This document shows positions 29,567-38,718 of a stretch of 64,000 nucleotides of DNA, in pieces. This DNA is from Planctomycetota bacterium (lineage in GTDB: Bacteria > Planctomycetota > SZUA-567 > H5-PLA8), in NCBI GenBank assembly GCA_045863855.1, contig BTVV01000008.1:40668-104667 (forward strand), in the 5' to 3' direction. Every line of letters begins with the position of its first letter. Position 1 is the stretch's first letter. Position numbers and translations under genes: made by a program. The notes beneath the pieces are model-generated. The model was not told the origin of the DNA, ran no database searches, and worked only from the letters and a program-made list of their open reading frames with translations.

Positions 29567-31951
29567 TCAGTGCCCTCCGATCGCGATGGTCCGGCTCCAC
29601 TCGGTCTGGATCTCGACGAGTTTCTTGTACTCGCCGTTCTCCTTGGCCATCAGTTCGAGGTGCGTGCCCTCTTCGGCGACGCGCCCGTCCTTGACCACCA
29701 CCAGCCGGTCGGCGTGCCGCAGTGTGCTCAGCCGGTGCGCGATGGCGATGGTCGTGCGGCCCTTGACCAGATTCGAGAGCGCCAACTGGATCTTCGCTTC
29801 GGTGATCGTGTCCACGCTGCTGGTCGCTTCGTCCAGGATCAGGATTCTCGGATTGTGCAGGATCGCCCGCGCGATCGAGATGCGCTGGCGCTCGCCGCCC
29901 GAAAGGCGCTGCCCGCGCTCGCCCACCACCGTGTCGTAGCCGTCGGGCAGTTTCATGATGTACTCGTGCGCATTGGCCGCCACCGCCGCCTCGATCACTT
30001 CCTTGCGCGTGGCCTCGGGGCGCGCGTACGCGATGTTCTCGGCGATCGTTCCGCTGAACAGGAACGTGTCCTGCAGGACGAAGCCAAGCTGGCGGCGCAG
30101 GTCGCTGACGCGGATTTCCTTGACGTTCACGCCGTCGACCAGAATCTCGCCTTCGTCGCAGTCGTACAACCGTCCAATCAGATTGATCAACGTGCTCTTG
30201 CCCGCGCCGCTGGAACCCACCAATCCGATCATCTCGCCGGGCTTCAGGTCCAGGCTCAGTCCCTTGAGCACCTGCGTATGTTTCTCGTAGCCGAAGACAA
30301 CCTGCTTGAGTTCGATGTGCCCCTGGATATTCGGCATGGGGCGCGCCGCCGACTCGTCCTTGATCTCCGGCTCCGTATCGAGAATCTCGAAGACGCGCGC
30401 GGCGGCCGTCAGGCTGCGTGTGAACCAGTCGTTCAGCCGCGAGAGCAGTTGAAGCGGGCCGTAAATCATGCCCAGATAGCTGACGTAGGCCATCAGGCCG
30501 CCGAGCGTCAGGCGTCCGCCGTATACTTCGAAGGCTCCGAAGTACCAGACCAGCAGCGTCGAAGACTGCACGACCAGGTTCAGGAGTGGGATGACCGTCT
30601 GCCAGGTGGTCTCGGCGTCGATCATATGGTCCCGCGCGGTGCCCGATTTGCGCTCGAAGCGCTCGACCTCGTCGTTTTCGCGCCCAAAGGCTTTGATCAC
30701 GCGAGCGCCCGAAAGCGCGTCGTTCAGGTACGCCGAGACGGCCGACATGCTGGAATACGCGAGCCGCCAGCGCCGGTGCAGGTAGCGCCAGACAAAGCCC
30801 GAGATAATCACCACCAGCGGCGCGGGCACCAGCACCAGGAATCCCAAGAACGGATTCATGATCAAGAGGGTCGCCGAAACGCCCACGATCACGAGAATGT
30901 TCACGACCGTGTACTGAATCCCTTCCGTCAGGAAACCCTGCATCTGGCGCGCGTCGCTGTTGATCCGGCTCATCAGAGCGCCGGTCTGGTGCTTGGTAAA
31001 GAAACTCATGGAGAGTTGCTGCAAGTGGTTGAATGCCTGTTGTTGGATGCGGGTGGTGATATGGCTGCCCACCCACACGCCCAAGCGCGCCTGGAACATG
31101 CCCGTCGCATGCCGCAGCAGCATCACCAAGCCCATCAGCACGACCATCATGAGCATCAAGCCGCTGCGCGAATCGCTGATCAGCGCGCGGTCCACGACGA
31201 TACGCATGATTTGCGGCGGAACGAGATTCAGGAGCATCTCGAAGATCATCAGGCCGCCCATGGCGGCGATCTGCTTCTTGTACGGGCCGGCGAACTTGAG
31301 GATCCGCAGCATGGTATTGCCGCGTTTGATGCAGAAGGGGCAGACTTTCGAATTTTTCGGGTACGCGCGGCCGCATTCGCCGCAGAGAAGATCGCGTTGC
31401 TTGGCGAGCAGTTCGTCGAAGTTGAGCACCGGCGGCGCGGAGGTTTTCTCCGGCTTTGCTTCGGGCTCCGTCGGCTTGCCTTCTTCGGCCGCGCGCTTGG
31501 CCGCTTCGCGCTTCTTCTTTTCTTCGCGCTTGGGGGCGACGAACTTATCGATCTGCCCCGCGATGCCGCCAAACAGCGAGGCTTGACCGCTGTCGTAGCG
31601 CAGCACTTCCTCGGGTTGGCCGGCTACGTCGAGGATCAGCACCCCGCCGCCCGTTACGCTTTGCGAGCGCGCGCCCATCACGTGGTTCAGCGGAGCGGTC
31701 CAAGCCACTTGCGCCGGATGACCGTTGCGGACCACCACCGCGATCTGCTCGGTCCCCACCGCCAGCCAGCATTCGCCGAAGCGGCCGTCCAAGCGCATCT
31801 TGCTTTGCACGCAAATCTGACACGAAGGCGGGCGCAGGCCGTGGCTAGCCAGCGTTCGGGCGACATCCTCGGGCACGCGCTGCAAGCTGACCGTGCGCCA
31901 CTCGGAGGCCGGTTCGGGGGGCGTATCCTTCTTTAAGATCAAATGCAGCAA
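29567..31951 (-). CDS. ABC exporter (fused TMD+NBD) with N-terminal extension carrying a CxxC/CxxC motif
   Basis: Walker A GSSGAGKST, signature LSGGERQR, Walker B ILILDEATS, IAHRLST; 6 TM helices; CGECGRAYPKNSKVCPFC. Confidence 0.92.
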   Translation of the reverse strand: MLHLILKKDTPPEPASEWRTVSLQRVPEDVARTLASHGLRPPSCQICVQSKMRLDGRFGECWLAVGTEQIAVVVRNGHPAQVAWTAPLNHVMGARSQSVTGGGVLILDVAGQPEEVLRYDSGQASLFGGIAGQIDKFVAPKREEKKKREAAKRAAEEGKPTEPEAKPEKTSAPPVLNFDELLAKQRDLLCGECGRAYPKNSKVCPFCIKRGNTMLRILKFAGPYKKQIAAMGGLMIFEMLLNLVPPQIMRIVVDRALISDSRSGLMLMMVVLMGLVMLLRHATGMFQARLGVWVGSHITTRIQQQAFNHLQQLSMSFFTKHQTGALMSRINSDARQMQGFLTEGIQYTVVNILVIVGVSATLLIMNPFLGFLVLVPAPLVVIISGFVWRYLHRRWRLAYSSMSAVSAYLNDALSGARVIKAFGRENDEVERFERKSGTARDHMIDAETTWQTVIPLLNLVVQSSTLLVWYFGAFEVYGGRLTLGGLMAYVSYLGMIYGPLQLLSRLNDWFTRSLTAAARVFEILDTEPEIKDESAARPMPNIQGHIELKQVVFGYEKHTQVLKGLSLDLKPGEMIGLVGSSGAGKSTLINLIGRLYDCDEGEILVDGVNVKEIRVSDLRRQLGFVLQDTFLFSGTIAENIAYARPEATRKEVIEAAVAANAHEYIMKLPDGYDTVVGERGQRLSGGERQRISIARAILHNPRILILDEATSSVDTITEAKIQLALSNLVKGRTTIAIAHRLSTLRHADRLVVVKDGRVAEEGTHLELMAKENGEYKKLVEIQTEWSRTIAIGGH

Positions 31952-32123
31952 CCTCTGTTCTGCGGCTAGCCGACTCGACCAAGAAGCGTGGGTTCGCTCT
32001 GATATCGAATCCCTAACTAACCCGGTGCCATAAAGAAAATCAACCGGGATAATCTAAAGGGGTCACATTTCTTGACTTAGAGAAGTTTACAAAGACATAT
32101 TAGCCCGCACAGGAGCAGACCTC

Positions 32124-32624
32124 TTATGGTGCAGGCGGAGGAGCGGGAGCTTTTTGAGCGGCTAAAAACTCAACCATTTCCAGCAGCTCTTTGACTTTAA
32201 GTTCGCCTTGGTACTCCGGCATGCGGGACTTTCCGTCCACCGTGTATAGGCCGTCGCCTTGCGCCAGTTGAGCGTTGGGGTTTACGATCGATTCGATCAG
32301 GCGTTCCCGATCCAGGCGCGCGCCCACGCCCGTCAGCTCCGGACCGAACTGCGGACTGATCGTCGCGGGCAGGTCGTCAACGCCTTGCAGTACGTGGCAT
32401 AGAAAACACTGCTGCTTGATATAGACCGCCTTGCCGCGTTCGGCGGCTTCGGTACGCGCGGCGCCTTCGGAGGGCCACGGCCAAGCCGGCGGCGCGGATC
32501 CGGGCTCGGCGCCGTGCAGCCTGGACTTGCCCCGCTTAACCATCGCATATTGGCCGAGGTAATAGCCCACGCCCATTCCGACGAGGACCATGAAGAACGT
32601 GATCGCGCGCGCAAGATTATTCAT
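32124..32624 (-). CDS. Membrane-anchored monoheme cytochrome c
   Basis: N-terminal TM helix, CFLCH heme motif, GPELTGVG, SIVNPNA, SRMP distal Met. Confidence 0.85.
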   Translation of the reverse strand: MNNLARAITFFMVLVGMGVGYYLGQYAMVKRGKSRLHGAEPGSAPPAWPWPSEGAARTEAAERGKAVYIKQQCFLCHVLQGVDDLPATISPQFGPELTGVGARLDRERLIESIVNPNAQLAQGDGLYTVDGKSRMPEYQGELKVKELLEMVEFLAAQKAPAPPPAP

Positions 32625-32663
32625 CGCGCAACGATGCTAAAACCTCGCGCCGCGCTTCTCAAC

Positions 32664-33872
32664 CTACTGCGCGGCCACCGGCGACGCCGCATGCTTGCCG
32701 CAGAGTTTGATCTTTTCGGCCGCTTCGTCGAGTTGCTGCTCGGTCCAGTCCAGTCCGATGCCGATCGAAACCGTGCGCGAGAGATGCTCCAGCGTCCGCG
32801 GCAGCGCGTCGACCGTGTAGGCCTGCGCTTTCCCCGCTTCCGTCGTCGCCAGCGGATCGCGCCCAGGATGAAACGCACCGCGGCGCTTGATGAGCGGCTC
32901 CCAGTTCGAGTAAACGTGGCGTCCGCTGTCGTAGGGAAGTCCTGCGCTCAGTTGCCGCTTGGCGGCTTCCGCCGCGAAGGCTTGTGCCTGCGCGCGGTTC
33001 TCGAGCCGAAGAAACATGGCCGTACCGGCGAAGCCGGCGAGGTCGTGAACAGGAGCGAATTCGAACGTCGCGGGCCGGCCCAGCCGTTCGCGCAGACCGT
33101 GATTGCGCGCGCGCAGCCGGCTCAGGATGCCTTCCAGCCGCTTCAACTGGACGCGCATCACCGCCGCGCGCATCTCGTCGAAGCGATAGTTCTCGCCGGC
33201 GAAGACGGGGACTTTCAGTTCCGGCGCGTCGTCGCGCCACGCCGTGCCCGTGTCGTGCTGGATGCGCGCGCGTTGCCAGACCTTCTCGTCGCTCGTCACC
33301 ATCGCGCCGCCTTCGCCGCAGGTGAGTATCTTGTAGAAGTTGAAGCTGTACGCGCCGGCGCGGCCCCACGTGCCCGTGCGCTTGCCGCGGTAGCTTCCGC
33401 CCACGCACTGGCACGCGTCCTCGATCACCATCGCGTTCCGTTCGCTCGCGATCTTCAGGATCGGCTCCAGGTCCGCCACGTGCCCCATCATATGCACGGG
33501 CACGATGGCTTTCGTGCGCGGGCCGATCTTGCGCGCCACATCCAGCGGATCGAGCATCAGGCCCGCGTCCACTTCGGTAAGCACCGGAACCGCACCGATG
33601 TTCAGCACCGCCAGCGCAGTGGCCATGAACGTGTAGCCCGGCACCAGGACCTCGTCGCCGGGCTCGACTCCCGCGCCGACCAGCGCGCAGATCAGCGCCG
33701 ACGTGCCGCTGTTGACGGCCAGCGTGTGCTTCGCGCCCATATGCGCGCCGAGTTCGCGCTCGAAGTGGTCCGTCTCCGTGGGCTTTTCGGGCGTGCCCCC
33801 GAAGCGGAAAAGCTTCTTACCGCGAATCAACCGCGCCAGCGCCTCGATCTCTTCTTCGCCGATCTCGTACAT
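32664..33872 (-). CDS. DegT/DnrJ/EryC1/StrS family PLP aminotransferase
   Basis: VNSGTSAL, GDEVLVPGYTFMATA, IEDACQ, SFNFYKILTCGEGG (PLP Lys). Confidence 0.93.
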   Translation of the reverse strand: MYEIGEEEIEALARLIRGKKLFRFGGTPEKPTETDHFERELGAHMGAKHTLAVNSGTSALICALVGAGVEPGDEVLVPGYTFMATALAVLNIGAVPVLTEVDAGLMLDPLDVARKIGPRTKAIVPVHMMGHVADLEPILKIASERNAMVIEDACQCVGGSYRGKRTGTWGRAGAYSFNFYKILTCGEGGAMVTSDEKVWQRARIQHDTGTAWRDDAPELKVPVFAGENYRFDEMRAAVMRVQLKRLEGILSRLRARNHGLRERLGRPATFEFAPVHDLAGFAGTAMFLRLENRAQAQAFAAEAAKRQLSAGLPYDSGRHVYSNWEPLIKRRGAFHPGRDPLATTEAGKAQAYTVDALPRTLEHLSRTVSIGIGLDWTEQQLDEAAEKIKLCGKHAASPVAAQ

Positions 33873-33923
33873 GGTCGTGTTCCTCTCGGGTGCCGCTCGT
33901 GGTTCAATCCAACGTTCTCACCG

Positions 33924-34946
33924 TCACGCATATCCCCGCACGCCCGCCTGCCGGTACAGCCCGCAGGTGCGCGCCACTTCCGATTCCAGTTCCACCGCGC
34001 CGATCTCGCGCGCCATCGCACCGATCGACTGCGCCGGGTCGTTCGACCAGTACAGATGGCAGCCTTCGTCGAAATGGCAGCGGTAACCTACGCGCGCGCC
34101 GAAGCGCTGCTTGAAGCCGTCGCCGTCTTCGCCGGGCCGCCCGGCCCACGAGACAATCCGCGCGTAGCTCAAATCGAGTTCGTGGACCACCGTGGGCTGT
34201 TCATCGGGCGCCTGCGCGGCGATGTGACCCGTCGGGTCGATCACGTGCGCCGTGCGCCCCCAGGTGGCCGAGACGATGTAGTAGCGGTGCCAGTGCGCGC
34301 GGGCGAGCGCGTGAACCGTGCCCGGACGGAAGGTCGGCCAGACCACCAGTTCCGCGCCTTGCCGCGCCAGGTCCTGCCAGCCGATATCGAAGAGATCGTC
34401 GAAGCAGATCTGCAAACCCAGCTTTCCGAAATCGCACGAAAAGACCGGAACTTCGGCGCCCGGAACGGTTCCTTGTTCGAACGTCTCTTCGTCTTTTCGC
34501 ACGGCCAGGTGCCGCTTGCGGTACAGGCCTTCGAGTTCCCCGTTGCGCCCGATCAGCAGCGCCGCGTTGGAGACGCGATCTTCTTCTTGCAGGATCAGCG
34601 GCAGCACGGCGTAGCTGTTCAGCTTCCGCGCCGCGTTCGAAAAGGCTTCGCGGACGGCGCCCGAATAGGGGAGCGCCCGCGCCGCCGCATCGCCTTCCAT
34701 GCCGCCGGTGACGCACATCTCCGGCAGCACCGCCAGGTCCACGCCGCGCCCGTATGCGTGGCGGGCTTCGCCGTCCATTCGCTCCAGCAGTCCGGTCAAC
34801 TGCTTCAGCCGCTCATCCACGCCGGGGTACGCGCCCCAGAAGCTGCGGTGCGAGGTCCCCACGATCACCTTCCGCGGCGGCAGGTGCGACGTCGTGGGAC
34901 TGCGCGGCCAGTCGCTGGCGTCGGGCTGGGACTTGGATGCAGGCAT
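33924..34946 (-). CDS. Carbon-nitrogen hydrolase (nitrilase superfamily)
   Basis: Glu-Lys-Cys triad: VLPEM, YRKRH, QICFDD; GAELVVWP. Confidence 0.88.
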   Translation of the reverse strand: MPASKSQPDASDWPRSPTTSHLPPRKVIVGTSHRSFWGAYPGVDERLKQLTGLLERMDGEARHAYGRGVDLAVLPEMCVTGGMEGDAAARALPYSGAVREAFSNAARKLNSYAVLPLILQEEDRVSNAALLIGRNGELEGLYRKRHLAVRKDEETFEQGTVPGAEVPVFSCDFGKLGLQICFDDLFDIGWQDLARQGAELVVWPTFRPGTVHALARAHWHRYYIVSATWGRTAHVIDPTGHIAAQAPDEQPTVVHELDLSYARIVSWAGRPGEDGDGFKQRFGARVGYRCHFDEGCHLYWSNDPAQSIGAMAREIGAVELESEVARTCGLYRQAGVRGYA

Positions 34947-34971
34947 CGCCGGTCCTCCTCGTGCGGGATTC

Positions 34972-36795
34972 TTATTTCACCGCCAACTTGGCTTCGGCCG
35001 CCTTGGCCCACGGGCTGCCCGCGAATTTGCTCATGACTTGCTTAAGGATTTCCTGCGCCCGCGCCGTGTCGCCGGCCATGCGCACGTACTCGGCCATGTA
35101 ATAACCGTCCTGAGCTTCGAGTTCCTTCTGGTCCATCTTGAGGAAGCGCTCGCGCGCGGGAATCGTGCCCGCCATGGGCTTGCAGTCCGGGCCGATGGGC
35201 GGCCAGGCCAGATTGCCGAAGAAGGCCGGCTTGGACTTCAGGTACAGCGACGGAGGAAGCTCCTTGGACGCGATCTTGGGATCCCACTGCGTCTGCTTCG
35301 AGATGGAATCGTAGTTCCCGTGCCGCAGCAGCGTCTGCGCGACCTGTGGATCGTCGTCCGTCGTGCCGCTGGGGTTCTTGCTGCCCAAGCGGTAGATGAT
35401 CGGTTTGCCCAGGTTGTACCCCTGCACTTCGCCCTCCAGGCCCTCGAGCCCGAAGACGTTGCCGATCGCGTTCGTGTAGCGGTTGAACGCGTCCACGCGC
35501 AGGCCGATCCGCGCCATCATCGGCGTTCCGTCCAGCTTGCGGACGTCCAGATCGGCATAGTTGCGGAATATCGTGTTGTGGCTCGAAGAGCCCCAGTAGT
35601 TGTCCATGCTGATCGAAGAGACGTGATTCCCTTCGACCAGGTTCATGTACGGATGCGCGCCGTGGAAGCTGATGTCGTTGTGCGCCCAGTCGGTGTCGGG
35701 GAAATCGCGGCCCCAGCAGCGCTCCGAGAAGTTGTACGCCACCACGTTGCCCGGGCCCGCGCATTCCAGCATGTATCCGGCGTTGGTGCTGAAGCTGACG
35801 TTGTTCTCCACCAGCGTGTCGGTGCTGTGCGCGAAGACCCAGACGCCGTAGCCGTGGCCCGCGCCGTAGCCGTGGGCGTGGTGGAAGTAGCTGTCGCGCA
35901 CCTCGCAGCCCAGGCAATTCTGCATCGAGACATGCCCCGCGTACCAGCCGCGCGCGGATTCGATGTTCTTCACCCAACAGTGGATCCCGTTCCAGATCTT
36001 GATCGTCGAGCTGTTGTCCTTGCGTTTATGCAGCGTCTCGAGGTACAGATCCTCGACGCCCGTGAACGAGATCGTCTTATCGGTGGTCCGAATCGCCTCC
36101 GGGGCGAACTCGGCCTTGAACTCGTGGTACAGCGGGCGGCTTAAAGTCACCTCGTTGCCATTCTTGGCCGTCACCTGGACCAGTTGCGCCATGGCGCGCT
36201 CGCCTTTGTCTCGTCCGGCCCACCCGCACACGCCGCCGGCGCCCGCCACGCTCGCGATGGCCGGGTCGTTCTTCTGATCGATCTTCAGCACATCGCCGAC
36301 TTTGATGCGAGCGGTGTCCGCCAGTGTGAGCTGGGTTGAGCCTTTCGTGTGGCCTTTCAGAATCTTCGTCGGTATCGCGTTGTCGAAATTGCAGATGCCG
36401 ATCGTGTGCTTCTCGGTGGCCTCGTTGATCAGACGCGTCTTGTCCGGACCTTCCCCGCGCAGGACCACGCCGCTCTTGGCGAGATTCAGTATCGCCGTGA
36501 GCCGGTAGGTTCCGGCCGGAATCAGCACCGCATGCTTCTCGGGGCACGCGTCGATCGCTTTCTGGATCGCCGCCGTATCGTCTGCTTTGCCGTCGCCCAC
36601 GGCGCCGTAGGCCGCGTCCTTCACGCTGGCGAAGACCGGATAATGCGGGATGCCACCCGGCACTCCGGGGCTCCATGGGATGCAACGGTCCTCGGGCAGC
36701 AGCCCGGATTCCGCGGCCGCCGGCCGTTGCCACGCCGTCAGCGCGGCCATGCACAGGCCGGCGATGAGCACCGTACGATGTCCTTGAGCTTGCAT
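34972..36795 (-). CDS. Exported right-handed beta-helix (pectin lyase-fold) glycoside hydrolase/lyase-like protein, paralog 1
   Basis: Signal peptide; SVKDAAYGAVGDGKADDTAAIQKAID..V.IPAGTY..SGVVLRGEG; Asn-ladder repeats; C-terminal TPR-like helix pair. Confidence 0.8.
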   Translation of the reverse strand: MQAQGHRTVLIAGLCMAALTAWQRPAAAESGLLPEDRCIPWSPGVPGGIPHYPVFASVKDAAYGAVGDGKADDTAAIQKAIDACPEKHAVLIPAGTYRLTAILNLAKSGVVLRGEGPDKTRLINEATEKHTIGICNFDNAIPTKILKGHTKGSTQLTLADTARIKVGDVLKIDQKNDPAIASVAGAGGVCGWAGRDKGERAMAQLVQVTAKNGNEVTLSRPLYHEFKAEFAPEAIRTTDKTISFTGVEDLYLETLHKRKDNSSTIKIWNGIHCWVKNIESARGWYAGHVSMQNCLGCEVRDSYFHHAHGYGAGHGYGVWVFAHSTDTLVENNVSFSTNAGYMLECAGPGNVVAYNFSERCWGRDFPDTDWAHNDISFHGAHPYMNLVEGNHVSSISMDNYWGSSSHNTIFRNYADLDVRKLDGTPMMARIGLRVDAFNRYTNAIGNVFGLEGLEGEVQGYNLGKPIIYRLGSKNPSGTTDDDPQVAQTLLRHGNYDSISKQTQWDPKIASKELPPSLYLKSKPAFFGNLAWPPIGPDCKPMAGTIPARERFLKMDQKELEAQDGYYMAEYVRMAGDTARAQEILKQVMSKFAGSPWAKAAEAKLAVK

Positions 36796-36856
36796 AGTGT
36801 GCCCCTCTCGTACCGCTTGGGTTTCGAATCGTTCCGCGTGCGGTCCTTGCCCGCGG

Positions 36857-38671
36857 TTACTTCTGCGCCGCCTGTTCAAGCAATTTCTTCGCTTCCGCGC
36901 CGTAAGGCGTGTCGGCGTAGCGTTCGGCCGCGGTCTTCAGCGCTTCCGCGGCGGCTTCGGACTTTCCTGCGGCTTGCAGGTATTGACCCAGGTAGAGCCG
37001 ATCCTGCGCTTCGCGTATACGCGCCGGCATCTTAAGGAATCGTTCCTGAGCCGGGATGCGCCCGGCCATCGGGCTCGCGTCCGGGCCGATGGCCGGCCAC
37101 GCCAGCGCGCCGAACCATGCCGGCTTGGCCGTGAGGTACAGCGACGGCGGCAGCTTCCGTTCCGCCGTCGAACTGTCCCACTGCGTCTGCTTCGTCACGT
37201 GGTCGAAGTTCCCATGCCGGAAAAGCGTCTGCGCGACCTTCGGATCTCCGGGGTGCCCCAGCGACCAGACATGCGGCTTCGAGAAATCGCTCATCGTCTC
37301 GTACTGCGCCGCGATCCCTTCGTGCCCCAGCACGTTGCCCACCGCGCTGGTGAAGCAGCTCGCTTTGTCGATGCGCAGCCCGATGACGTTCTGCGTCATC
37401 GCCTTGCCGTCCAAATTCAGGCTGCGCATGTCCGCCGCGTTGCGGAAGAGCGTGTTGTGGCTCGACGAGCCCCAGTAAAAGTCGAAGAAGATCGCGGAGA
37501 CCGCGTTGCCTTCGAAGAGGTTCAGGAACGGATGCGCCGCGTGGTGGACCAGATCGGCGTGGACCCAGTTCGTATCCGGAAAGTCGCGCCCGAAAATGCG
37601 CGTGGAGAAGTTGTAGGCGATCACGTTGCCCGGCCCGCAGCAACCGATGTTCACGCCCGAATTCAGATTGTAGAAGACGTTATTCTCGACCAGCGTGTCG
37701 GTGGTCTTGCCGAAGACCATCACGCCGTAGCCGTGCCCCGAACCGTAAGCATGAGCGTGGTGGAAGTAGCTGTCGCGAATCTCGCAGCCCAAGCAGTTTT
37801 GCGTGCTCACGTGCCCCAAGTCCCAGCCGCGCGCGCATTCGACGTTCTTCACCCAGCAGTGCATCGCGTTCCAGATTTTCACCGTCGAGCCGTTCTTGCG
37901 CTTCGGCGCGATCAGTTCGAGATACAGATCTTCAAGCCCCGAACCCGAGACGATCTTGTCCGAGGTGCGGCAAACTTCCGGCGCCAGCGCCTCCTGCAGC
38001 GCAAAGGCCAGCGGGCGGCTCAGTGTCAGCGTATTGCCTTCTTTGGCGCTGAGTTGCACCAACTGGCCCATCCCGCGCTTTCCGCCCTCGCGGCCCGCCC
38101 ACGTGCACGTCCCGCCCTGGCCTTCGATCAGGACGCACGCGCTGTCGTTCAACTGGTCGATCAGAAGCAGATCGCCGGTCTTCAAGCGCGAGGCGTCGGC
38201 GACTTCGATCGAGGTCGAACCCTTCGCGAAGCCTTTGACGATCTTCGAGCCCCATGGATTGTCCCAGCCGCCAAAAAGGATTGCGTGCTTCTCGTCGGCC
38301 GTGTTGATCAGCTTGGTCTTGTCCGGACCCTCGCCGCGCAGCACCACGCCGTTCTTAACCATGTTGAGCTGGGCGGTGAGCCGGTAGGTTCCGGCCGGCA
38401 GCAGCACCGCGTGCTTTTCGGGACAGGCGTCGATCGCCTTCTGGATCGCCGCCGTATCGTCGGCCGTCCCGTCGCCCACCGCGCCGTACGCCGCGTCTTT
38501 GACGCTCGCAAAGACCGGGTACGCCGGAATCCCGCCCGGTATCCCCGGCTTCCAGTCCATGCGCCGGTCTTCGGGCAGGATCGACGTATCCGCCGCAGCG
38601 GCCGGCCGAGCCGCGGCCAGGAGCATCAGGAGACTGACCAGACCGGTCCAGAGCAGGCGAGGGGAGCGCAT
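36857..38671 (-). CDS. Exported right-handed beta-helix protein, paralog 2
   Basis: Same architecture and long near-identical blocks shared with the adjacent gene. Confidence 0.8.
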   Translation of the reverse strand: MRSPRLLWTGLVSLLMLLAAARPAAAADTSILPEDRRMDWKPGIPGGIPAYPVFASVKDAAYGAVGDGTADDTAAIQKAIDACPEKHAVLLPAGTYRLTAQLNMVKNGVVLRGEGPDKTKLINTADEKHAILFGGWDNPWGSKIVKGFAKGSTSIEVADASRLKTGDLLLIDQLNDSACVLIEGQGGTCTWAGREGGKRGMGQLVQLSAKEGNTLTLSRPLAFALQEALAPEVCRTSDKIVSGSGLEDLYLELIAPKRKNGSTVKIWNAMHCWVKNVECARGWDLGHVSTQNCLGCEIRDSYFHHAHAYGSGHGYGVMVFGKTTDTLVENNVFYNLNSGVNIGCCGPGNVIAYNFSTRIFGRDFPDTNWVHADLVHHAAHPFLNLFEGNAVSAIFFDFYWGSSSHNTLFRNAADMRSLNLDGKAMTQNVIGLRIDKASCFTSAVGNVLGHEGIAAQYETMSDFSKPHVWSLGHPGDPKVAQTLFRHGNFDHVTKQTQWDSSTAERKLPPSLYLTAKPAWFGALAWPAIGPDASPMAGRIPAQERFLKMPARIREAQDRLYLGQYLQAAGKSEAAAEALKTAAERYADTPYGAEAKKLLEQAAQK

Positions 38672-38718
38672 TCGATTCCATCTCCGTTCGAGCCGTTGCA
38701 ACGCACCGTCCAATGGGA

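Noticed and set aside
29411..35036. Very long antisense ORFs (841 aa, 840 aa; likewise 2738-4627, 36797-39130, 51862-54447, 56732-58510)
   Set aside because: They shadow well-supported genes on the opposite strand, an expected high-GC codon-bias artefact, and show no recognisable motifs.
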